Shown here in pieces: positions 1 to 6,616 of a stretch of DNA of 20,000 nt (the first letter of the stretch is position 1; the number at the start of each line of letters is the position of its first letter). The position numbers were made by a program, and so were the translations under genes. The notes under the pieces are model-generated. The model worked only from the letters and a program-made list of their open reading frames with translations. It did not search any database and was not told where the DNA came from. Source of the stretch: an uncultured virus (IMG/VR IMGVR_UViG_3300030109_002585). Taxonomy: Duplodnaviria > Heunggongvirae > Uroviricota > Caudoviricetes. The stretch is taken from the IMG/VR virus record IMGVR_UViG_3300030109_002585. One strand, given 5' to 3'.

Positions 1-197
1 AACATACCTTCTCCTGTGTCGCATTCCCAGTCTTTACCATTGGAATCTTTAGTAAACTCATGTAGTCCAAATTCTGAACCTGTGGAGTATTCTTCCTGCA
101 ATTTTTCGATTTTATCTAGTAATTCTTGTTCTTGACCTCTAAAAACTGTTTTTACTTCTTTTAAGCCGTTTTTCTCTATTATTATTCCATTAACCAT
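1..197 (-). CDS. Hypothetical protein, runs off the window edge (MVNGIIIEKNGLKEVKTVFRGQEQELLDKIEKLQEEYSTGSEFGLHEF...)
   Basis: Translated by hand and not in the ORF track. ATG at 197, GAGGGA-like RBS upstream, open to position 1, downstream of element E1. Confidence 0.7.
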   Translation of the reverse strand, partial: MVNGIIIEKNGLKEVKTVFRGQEQELLDKIEKLQEEYSTGSEFGLHEFTKDSNGKDWECDTGEGM

Positions 198-236
198 TGT
201 TAATCCCTCTTATATTGTAAATTATAGGTGCTTTAT

Positions 237-291
237 CTAGGGTATGTCAAAGTAGCATACCATATGGTTGCATCTTTGAATGTAACCCTAG
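237..291. promoter_or_regulatory. Repeated element E1 (TAGGGT-CAAAG-ACCATATGGT-CTTTG-ACCCTA)
   Basis: Palindrome 259-268. Left stem GGTATG 241-246/CATACC 256-261 around CAAAG. Right stem GGTTGCAT 266-273/ATGTAACC 280-287 around CTTTG. Confidence 0.75.
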
Positions 292-296
292 TTTTT

Positions 297-312
297 AAAA
301 AAAAGAGAAAAA
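297..312 (-). terminator. T-tract terminator (minus strand)
   Basis: A-rich tract on + strand downstream of gene 373..621. Archaeal terminators are U-rich tracts. Confidence 0.5.
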
Positions 313-372
313 TGCCGGTCTTTCCCGACTGTCACCTCTAGTCTAAGGGGCGAGGTTTACCCCATGTTTGCG

Positions 373-621
373 TCATGATTCAGCAGTGTCCTGTTCTGCT
401 GGGAGTGTTTCGTCTTCATCATCGCAAGCGTCTTTTAATTCTTTCCAATTGATGCAATTAAAATCCATCATGTCAGTATAGAAACCAGTATAGCCAATGT
501 CTTTAATTCCATGTAAAAAGACCGTTTCTATCGTTTCTTCGATATATTCAACATCGCTCACAGTTACGGGGTCAAACCAAAGGCTCACAAGCCAAGTTGC
601 TCTATTTGTCCAGCCATTCAT
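373..621 (-). CDS. Small acidic phage protein (NGWTNxxTWxVxLW...NWxE motif family)
   Basis: 82-aa ORF with GTGA RBS. The N-terminal motif resembles a widespread phage hypothetical family (recalled). Lies between E2 and a T-tract. Confidence 0.8.
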   Translation of the reverse strand: MNGWTNRATWLVSLWFDPVTVSDVEYIEETIETVFLHGIKDIGYTGFYTDMMDFNCINWKELKDACDDEDETLPAEQDTAES

Positions 622-653
622 ATTATCACTTAATAATATTATAAAATTATGAA

Positions 654-721
654 TATATAGGGTACTCCAAAGAGCGTACCATATGGTAGTAGTCTTCTTT
701 GTCTTTTGACTACTACCACAT
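654..721. promoter_or_regulatory. Repeated element E2
   Basis: TATAGGGT then CAAAG 668-672, palindrome 678-687. Left stem GGTAC 661-665/GTACC 676-680. Right stem GGTAGTAGTC 685-694/GACTACTACC 708-717 with CTTTG in the loop. Confidence 0.75.
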
Positions 722-743
722 AAAAAAATAAAAAAAAGAGAAA
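722..743 (-). terminator. T-tract terminator (minus strand)
   Basis: AAAAAAATAAAAAAAAGAGAAA on + strand, similar to the tract at 297-312. Confidence 0.5.
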
Positions 744-1198
744 CGCCGCCTACTCCAACACTCGAATCACCGCTTCATCAGTTTCCCGCCAATTCGCCAT
801 GGCTCCTTGGACTCTGTTTACTTTTTGAAGACTTACAACGCATGTTTCGGCTTTGTCTCTCTATGGTTTATTCCGGCTTACGCCATAGGAATGTAAAAGG
901 TGTTGGACGGGCTATCTTTTGGATTCCCGCATTGTGAGTGGATTATCTTGTACCACTAAGTTTGAAAGTGCGCTATGGCATTTCATATATGAGGTCACAA
1001 ACTACACAATCTATTCATTGACAGTCAATCAATGCCCTTTTGGGGAACATAGGTCAAGAGCCACTATTCTAACTCATTTGAGCATCGAATAATGGTTAAA
1101 CTCGCCACCACAGCGATTAGTGTATGCCTTACTCCCTTCCAAGAGCATTCGGCCACCAACTTATCCCAAGAACCCGCTAAAGTCGCTTGAGACAATAA
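740..1198 (-). ncRNA. Candidate ~460-nt structured non-coding RNA
   Basis: No ORF of 60 aa or more. GC-richer than its flanks, bounded by E3/TATA and a T-tract like the neighbouring genes, with several potential helices. Confidence 0.45.
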
Positions 1199-1210
1199 TA
1201 AGCACATAAT

Positions 1211-1286
1211 ACCCCTATATAGGGTCTTTCAAAGTTAATACCATATGGTTTGGTAGGTCACTTTGATGATGACCGGTACGAACCAT
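1211..1286. promoter_or_regulatory. Repeated element E3
   Basis: CCCTATATAGGGT, CAAAG 1230-1234, palindrome 1240-1249, imperfect right stem 1247-1260/1270-1284 with CTTTG loop. Confidence 0.7.
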
Positions 1287-1340
1287 AAAAAAAAAGAAAA
1301 TAAATGATGCAGGGCCAATGTAAGTCACCCTGCATCATTT
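1287..1340 (-). terminator. 13-bp hairpin plus T-tract, 3' of gene 1360..1635
   Basis: AAATGATGCAGGG 1302-1314 / CCCTGCATCATTT 1328-1340, loop CCAATGTAAGTCA, A-tract 1287-1300. Confidence 0.65.
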
Positions 1341-1359
1341 TTATGCCTAAATCTGAGAA

Positions 1360-1635
1360 TCACTCAGAAACATGAATTGATTCAATAGTCAATCCGTGTT
1401 CTTTGACTTCATCTCTAAGCATGTGTACTGTTGCAACACCATTACCACGGATAGCACCTTTCACAGTGGTCGCCGTTGTGATGTTTTGACAAGCAATCTC
1501 GATTATCTTATCTAACATGCGTTGCTGTGCTTTTTTCAGAGAAGTATATACTCCAATCTGCCTTGTCTGTTCCTTTCCTCTCCTATCAGTAAAGTTTCTG
1601 ATTAGTCTGAAAACTCGGTTATTCTCTATCCTCAC
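1360..1635 (-). CDS. Hypothetical protein (~91 aa)
   Basis: ORF track 1360..1683. Start moved to GTG at 1635, which follows an AGGTGA RBS. The longer start lies inside E4. Confidence 0.75.
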   Translation of the reverse strand: MRIENNRVFRLIRNFTDRRGKEQTRQIGVYTSLKKAQQRMLDKIIEIACQNITTATTVKGAIRGNGVATVHMLRDEVKEHGLTIESIHVSE

Positions 1636-1670
1636 TTTTTCACCTATTAATGTGAATAATACAGTATTAA

Positions 1671-1745
1671 ATAGGGTACTCAAAGTTCATACCATATGGT
1701 TGTAACTTTGTGCATTACGAAGTAACTTGACCCTATATAGGGGTA
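1671..1745. promoter_or_regulatory. Repeated element E4, between divergent genes
   Basis: ATAGGGT 1671-1677, CAAAG 1681-1685, palindrome 1691-1700, CTTTG 1706-1710, then mirrored ACCCTATATAGGGG 1730-1743. Confidence 0.75.
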
Positions 1746-1807
1746 TGTACCCCTAATAATTGCTTCAAAGGGATTGAAGTGGTATTAGGGGTTACTTAAT
1801 ACAGGAG

Positions 1808-2344
1808 ATGAAAAAAATGGACATGGAAAAATGGACTCAACGAAGCACAGATATTAGAGAATGGCTCAAGCACAATGATGCTGGGGCTATGGCTACACTA
1901 ATCGAACAAACCCTAGATGCGGGCGACAATTCTGACAACATGGAAGAATTAGACCGTTTTTGGGAGGCAGTAAGAGCAATATGCAAAACCTTACCAAACA
2001 CACCTATCAAGCAGGGCCGTGGCTCAACACTAGCACCGGCAATTCAGGCGTGTGTGGATGGTGTAGTGAATCGCATACAAACTGCCTTTGCAGTAATTGG
2101 TGACTCTGACCTAATTTTGGAAGTTATGCTTCCACACGGAAAGACAGGCGGCGCATATGCCGATATTGACGCTTTTGCAAACGATATGGCTACAAAAGCA
2201 CAAAGGGTACTAAAGGCGGCATTGAAAGATGGCCGTTGGAATGGTACAATGACTGAAGATGGACTAACCGGACTTACCCCGCCGGTCAAGCAAACTTCAG
2301 ACAATGAAGAAAGTGACGAGGACTCAACGGAGGAATCGCACTGA
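1808..2344 (+). CDS. Hypothetical protein with acidic C-terminal tail (178 aa)
   Basis: ORF with AGGAG directly upstream. It is the only clear + strand gene in the early zone. Confidence 0.85.
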   Translation: MKKMDMEKWTQRSTDIREWLKHNDAGAMATLIEQTLDAGDNSDNMEELDRFWEAVRAICKTLPNTPIKQGRGSTLAPAIQACVDGVVNRIQTAFAVIGDSDLILEVMLPHGKTGGAYADIDAFANDMATKAQRVLKAALKDGRWNGTMTEDGLTGLTPPVKQTSDNEESDEDSTEESH

Positions 2345-2453
2345 TACTCACTTCAATCCCTTTGTAGCCACAATCAAACTCCAACGGCGATTTGCACGGA
2401 TTGAAAAGTCAAGACAGTCGGACCGGCTCACTTGCGTGAAATGCAAATTAGGA

Positions 2454-2516
2454 GCAGGGTGGATTGATGGAAAATACCTAACGGACCCATCAATCCACCT
2501 TGTAGCCACTTTTTTT
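2454..2516 (+). terminator. Hairpin plus T-tract terminator
   Basis: GGTGGATTGATGG 2458-2470 / CCATCAATCCACC 2487-2499, followed by T7 at 2510-2516. Confidence 0.65.
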
Positions 2517-2520
2517 ATGA

Positions 2521-2592
2521 GGTTGTGTTCCCGATGGTGTTTCAAAGTACACACACAACCATATGGTATTGATTGCTTTGTGTCAATACCCC
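2521..2592. promoter_or_regulatory. Repeated element E5, between convergent terminators, no TATA arm
   Basis: Left stem GGTTGTGT 2521-2528/ACACAACC 2553-2560 enclosing CAAAG. Palindrome 2558-2567. Right stem GGTATTGA 2565-2572/TCAATACC 2583-2590 enclosing CTTTG. Confidence 0.7.
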
Positions 2593-2598
2593 GTCAAT

Positions 2599-2644
2599 AA
2601 AAAAAAATAATAGAGAGCCGATGTAAGTCACTCTCTATTATTTT
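2599..2644 (-). terminator. 14-bp hairpin plus T-tract
   Basis: AAAATAATAGAGAG 2604-2617 / CTCTCTATTATTTT 2631-2644, loop CCGATGTAAGTCA. Confidence 0.65.
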
Positions 2645-2801
2645 CTTTATTTTGGACACCCACTATGGCACTTTAGACGACCATGTTTCATCAGTTATCT
2701 TCAATACTATCTTCATGGAGATAACCTGATGAGTATTCGTTTCCCCGTCATTTTTCTGTACCAAACTATTCGGTCAGATTGTGCCACAGTGAGTGTGGAA
2801 T

Positions 2802-2978
2802 CTATTCATCCCATAAAGCGGCCCTGAAATGTTTTTCGCTGAATGTGTGGCTATCTTCCTTTAGCATAACGCACATCTCATCAATTAAGTCTTCATGGCG
2901 GATTAGGCCATCAGACATAGTAACATGATTGATTACTTTCACTAATGCGAGATAATGTCTTTTCTGAAACTTGCTCAT
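2802..2978 (-). CDS. Small phage protein (58 aa, MSKFQKRHYLAL...EDSHTFSEKHFRAA)
   Basis: Start moved to ATG 2978, giving an ATGA overlap with the upstream gene and a GGAGAGG RBS. Pattern resembles a widespread phage family (RKHF/Y...DNxxFxxxxF..A), recalled. Confidence 0.75.
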   Translation of the reverse strand: MSKFQKRHYLALVKVINHVTMSDGLIRHEDLIDEMCVMLKEDSHTFSEKHFRAALWDE

Positions 2979-3451
2979 TCTTCTTCCTCTCCTGATAGGT
3001 CCAAGTCCCGAATACACAATACAGCCGCATGGCGGTATTTATCGAATGCGTCGTCATTATCGAATAGCGTTTCAGCCATTTTATCCAATGAAACTGATAC
3101 TATCGGTTTTATGTCGTCATCCTTAACCTTAATCAAGTGAAGTTGTTTCTGTAACTTCAACAATTTATTGACTCTGCCTCTAATCCATGCACGGTCAATC
3201 ATTTTGTTTCCTGTGATACTAACTTCATCTATTTGGACGATTCCGACATCTTTTCCAAAATCAACATAATCAACGCATGTAATTGTTAATTTGTCAAGGC
3301 TCATAGTCCATTCAATATCAGTGCTTGTATCTCTTTCATTCCACATGCTAACCATTGTGTTAGTATCTGTGAATTGATATACCATTTGTTTCTTGATAGT
3401 GCCGTCATTATACACCGTATCTCCGTAGGTCGTTGTTATATCCATATTCAT
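2975..3451 (-). CDS. Hypothetical protein (158 aa)
   Basis: ORF with AAGGAG RBS, downstream of E6. Confidence 0.8.
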   Translation of the reverse strand: MNMDITTTYGDTVYNDGTIKKQMVYQFTDTNTMVSMWNERDTSTDIEWTMSLDKLTITCVDYVDFGKDVGIVQIDEVSITGNKMIDRAWIRGRVNKLLKLQKQLHLIKVKDDDIKPIVSVSLDKMAETLFDNDDAFDKYRHAAVLCIRDLDLSGEEEE

Positions 3452-3483
3452 TAACTCCTTTGAATAATAGCAATATTACTCTC

Positions 3484-3522
3484 TTTATAGGGTTGCACAA
3501 AGTAGCAACCATATGGTACTAT
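3484..3522. promoter_or_regulatory. Repeated element E6
   Basis: TTTATAGGGT, stem GGTTGC 3491-3496/GCAACC 3505-3510 around CAAAG, palindrome 3508-3517. Right arm TGGTACTAT 3514-3522 complements ATAGTACCA 3686-3694. Confidence 0.75.
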
Positions 3523-3705
3523 TATGAGATATTGTTGTCTATATAGATGGGGTATATGAGCATTGTTTTCTTTTAGAATGAAATGTTTCTATAATAAAAC
3601 ATAACACTTTAATTGAGTTGAAGGGATTATTTAGGTGATTTTCGCTTAAACTAAAACTCACCTATATATTTACAAATTTATCTATATAGTACCACATAGC
3701 ATTAT

Positions 3706-3730
3706 ACAACCATATGGCTTTGTCCAAATT
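3706..3730. repeat. Degenerate element E7 (ACCATATGG-CTTTG)
   Basis: 9/10 match to the palindrome at 3709-3718, followed directly by CTTTG. Confidence 0.45.
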
Positions 3731-3794
3731 TTTAATATTGCTATATCAGTCTTATAATGCCAACATTACATCATTAATTCATTAATATGAGCAT

Positions 3795-4112
3795 TTGAAG
3801 GTTAATTATCTCGCCATTATACCGGCATACTTATACCATAAACAGGACTCGCTTAATACGGGATTGATTGTGACTGATGCGGATGATGTATCTAAACTAT
3901 TAAAAGACATAGTTGATGCTATTACACCAATACTTTCGGATATTAAATCTAATACTAAATCAGCATTGAATATACAAGTAAGTCAGGCAAATAAGGTTAA
4001 ATTAAAAGAAATAGCAAAGAAACTTGAATCATTAAAGAGCAAGATTATACCATTATATCATTTAGATTATAAATCAGGTTCAACTACACAAACTTCATTA
4101 AATATAAAATAA
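3795..4112 (+). CDS. Hypothetical helical protein; start uncertain (GTG 3870 plausible)
   Basis: 105-aa ORF with a TTG start and no clear RBS. Confidence 0.5.
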   Translation: MKVNYLAIIPAYLYHKQDSLNTGLIVTDADDVSKLLKDIVDAITPILSDIKSNTKSALNIQVSQANKVKLKEIAKKLESLKSKIIPLYHLDYKSGSTTQTSLNIK

Positions 4113-4246
4113 CATTAAATCATTAAGATTTTATTCTGGGAATACATAAGTTAATTAAAAAAGGCTGACGCTAGTGCCAAAAAAATTCCGCCACAATTTT
4201 TCAAAAACAAATTCTATTTTAAGCAATTAACAGGAAAAGGGTTATT

Positions 4247-4516
4247 ATGACATGGAAAGATGAGATTAGAAAAGACGATGAAGAAGATAGAAAGTATAAG
4301 ATAATTGCACCTCTATTAGAAAAGTTAGAACAATATATAGAAGATAATAACTTAGACCAAGTATCGTCTATTAAGAAAGCCTTTGACGAGTTAGAATTTG
4401 AATTAATGTCTGATATTGGATATACCGGCAAATATGAAAATGAAGGCGATACTCCTATGGAAGACGCTATGTATCGTGAAAGAGAAGCACAAGGCGATAG
4501 ATATTCAATGATGTGA
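4247..4516 (+). CDS. W-tag small acidic protein (MTWKDEIRK)
   Basis: ORF track. First gene of the + strand operon. Confidence 0.8.
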   Translation: MTWKDEIRKDDEEDRKYKIIAPLLEKLEQYIEDNNLDQVSSIKKAFDELEFELMSDIGYTGKYENEGDTPMEDAMYREREAQGDRYSMM

Positions 4517-4521
4517 TTGAT

Positions 4522-4779
4522 ATGACATGGAAAGATAAAATACAGAAAAAAATGCCTAAAGGAGAATTATTGGGCGGTATGGGTATGAGAATTACTGTTG
4601 ATTCTCTTACCGCAAAAGAACGACTTTACAAAAGAATAAAAAGTGACGAAGCACAAACTTTGGCTGATTTTTTACAAGAGGCTAGAATTACCGCATTAGA
4701 ACTAATGAGTAAAATTAATGATGCAAATAAATATTATGAAGAAAATAAAGATGCGCTTGATAGAAAAAAAGGCGATTGA
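4522..4779 (+). CDS. W-tag small protein (MTWKDKIQK)
   Basis: ORF 4513..4779, start moved to ATG 4522 after GTGA. Confidence 0.8.
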   Translation: MTWKDKIQKKMPKGELLGGMGMRITVDSLTAKERLYKRIKSDEAQTLADFLQEARITALELMSKINDANKYYEENKDALDRKKGD

Positions 4780-4780
4780 T

Positions 4781-4948
4781 ATGACACGCTGTAATTACTT
4801 AGAAGACTGGTTCGATAATGAATCTGCTAAATTGGACAAAGTTGAAAATGACTATGGTAAGTGTTTAGTTACAGGTCAAAAGAAAAAGGCTACTACTTTA
4901 ACTAAGGCTCAAGCATGGGCTAAAGTGTTTAGGAGGAATAAAGAATGA
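4781..4948 (+). CDS. Small hypothetical protein (55 aa, MTRCNYLEDWFD...)
   Basis: ORF 4718..4948, start moved to ATG 4781 just after the upstream stop. ATGA overlap with the next gene. Confidence 0.7.
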   Translation: MTRCNYLEDWFDNESAKLDKVENDYGKCLVTGQKKKATTLTKAQAWAKVFRRNKE

Positions 4949-5226
4949 GTTGGGAAGATATAGTGAAAGTATCAATTACAGAGGGTCTATTCAATCAGAC
5001 AAAAGAAAAGATGAAAGACATAAAAGCAAAGTTAAGTAGTTTAGAGAAGAATAGTTATACGAAAACATCTTTAGAAAATATAGTTGATATTTATGAACAA
5101 GCAAAGAAGGCTCATAGGGAAAATAATAAAAAACTACTTGGATTTCATCTTAGAACAATGACAATAATAGGAAAAGAAATATCAGACTACTTTGATGCAC
5201 AGGATATAGGAGTTGTCAAGGAATGA
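4945..5226 (+). CDS. W-tag small protein (MSWEDIVK)
   Basis: ORF with AGGAGG RBS and ATGA overlaps. Confidence 0.85.
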   Translation: MSWEDIVKVSITEGLFNQTKEKMKDIKAKLSSLEKNSYTKTSLENIVDIYEQAKKAHRENNKKLLGFHLRTMTIIGKEISDYFDAQDIGVVKE

Positions 5227-5936
5227 ATTGGAAAAATATACTAAAGAGAGAGAAACCACCCCTTGTCCCTGATGAAGCGAGGTTTAATATTCCTACTGGA
5301 AATTTAAATAATCCTCCTGAAAGCAGGTATTTTGAAAATGCACAGGTGCATTGGATGGAATCTGTTAAATTTGTAGGAGAAGAGTTAGAAAAGCGATATA
5401 TACCTACTAAACAACACTTAGAAGCCATAAAAAAACCTTATAGGATAAAGTATAACGAAAGATTGCGTAGTAGCCAACCTGAAAATTTGTTTGACTTCCA
5501 TGCGACACTTTCAGATGAACAAGTGGAAAGCAGAAGGAAAGCGGCAACTGCGGCTTATAGAGTGGCCGAAGAAGCAATCAGAAAGGTTATTGACCCTTAC
5601 ATGGAGTTTTTGGGAAGTTGGGATAAAAAGAAAAACTTACAAGAAGCGAATAAAGAATGGGAATATCTAACCCATAGAGTTATGCTCACTGTTCACACCG
5701 CATTAAACAATTTATTCCCAACAGTGGAAGACGCATACAGGTCTAGAAAGTTAAATGGTTTCTTGCATTGGAAAGGTGAATACTATCAGAATCTAATGAA
5801 TAAGAAACTACCTGATACTATGGAACAAATTAAACCAGCGAAGAAACAACCATCGAAGAAAGAGCCTCCAAAGAAAAGAGACTATATGGCTGAAAGAAAG
5901 GAAAGAATAGAGCGTCTTAGGAGGGATAGGAAATGA
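5223..5936 (+). CDS. W-tag protein (MNWKNILK), 237 aa
   Basis: ORF with ATGA overlaps at both ends. Confidence 0.85.
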   Translation: MNWKNILKREKPPLVPDEARFNIPTGNLNNPPESRYFENAQVHWMESVKFVGEELEKRYIPTKQHLEAIKKPYRIKYNERLRSSQPENLFDFHATLSDEQVESRRKAATAAYRVAEEAIRKVIDPYMEFLGSWDKKKNLQEANKEWEYLTHRVMLTVHTALNNLFPTVEDAYRSRKLNGFLHWKGEYYQNLMNKKLPDTMEQIKPAKKQPSKKEPPKKRDYMAERKERIERLRRDRK

Positions 5937-6316
5937 GTTGGGAAGATATAATGAAAAAGAATCCTATGCGCTCAAGGTCGAATGCTGAAAAGAAAAAGAG
6001 GCGGGAAAACAAAAAGACTCTTGAAAGATTAAAAGGGGATTTAAGTTTTGATAAGGAATTGCTTCAGCAGTTGATAAGAAGAAGAGATGAACCTAATCGC
6101 AGAAAATCACAATATGGTGTAAAGTCAACTCATCGGTATTTAGATTCTGACGGAAGAGAGAAAGAGAGGTCTAAAACAGAAGCAGAAATGAAGAAAGAAA
6201 GGGCTGATAATATAAAAGAATACCAAGCCTTTTTAGATAAAATGAATAGTAAAATTAGACCTCTTGAAAAAGAGATTAAAGAAACCGAATCCCAAATCAA
6301 AGAATTAGAGGGATAG
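5933..6316 (+). CDS. W-tag charged coiled-coil protein (MSWEDIMKK)
   Basis: ORF, K/R/E-rich and helical-looking. Confidence 0.85.
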   Translation: MSWEDIMKKNPMRSRSNAEKKKRRENKKTLERLKGDLSFDKELLQQLIRRRDEPNRRKSQYGVKSTHRYLDSDGREKERSKTEAEMKKERADNIKEYQAFLDKMNSKIRPLEKEIKETESQIKELEG

Positions 6317-6319
6317 GAT

Positions 6320-6616
6320 ATGAGTTGGAAGGATTCACTAAAGAAGTATCGAACCAATGTAAGTGGTTCCGGTGCGGTCCCTTTACAAGATGTTCAGAAA
6401 GACCATAAAGAATTAAGTCTGAAACTTAGAGGAATTATGGGTGCAGTTGGTAGTCTTAGAAATAATATGCCACGAAGCGTTAGTAAAGTAATGGCTAAGT
6501 TAGATGAAATCAAAGAAGAAATATATAAAACAGAACAATTACTTGATTCTATGACTGAAGAATATGACAGTATAGATAGAGATAATTGGGACAAGACAAT
6601 GGAGGATTTACAATGA
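6320..6616 (+). CDS. W-tag coiled-coil protein (MSWKDSLKK)
   Basis: ORF track, operon spacing. Confidence 0.85.
   Translation: MSWKDSLKKYRTNVSGSGAVPLQDVQKDHKELSLKLRGIMGAVGSLRNNMPRSVSKVMAKLDEIKEEIYKTEQLLDSMTEEYDSIDRDNWDKTMEDLQ

Noticed and set aside
770..850. Hammerhead ribozyme (minus-strand CUGAUGA and GAAAC)
   Set aside because: Stems I and II could not be formed around the core.
1517..1705. Plus-strand 62-aa ORF
   Set aside because: Antisense to a gene with a good RBS and runs into element E4.
2304..2600. ORFs 2304..2600 (+) and 2348..2554 (-)
   Set aside because: They cross terminator hairpins and element E5 and lack a convincing RBS. The region is better explained as a structured UTR.
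2680..2750. Hammerhead ribozyme from CTGATGA on either strand
   Set aside because: No properly placed GAAA and NUH. The motifs are the two arms of one hairpin.
2044..3140. ORFs 2044..2304 (-) and 2955..3140 (+)
   Set aside because: Antisense shadows of better supported genes.
237..3730. CRISPR array or mini-array based on the ACCATATGGT repeats
   Set aside because: Spacing is irregular (200-950 nt), whole genes lie between copies, and only short motifs are conserved.
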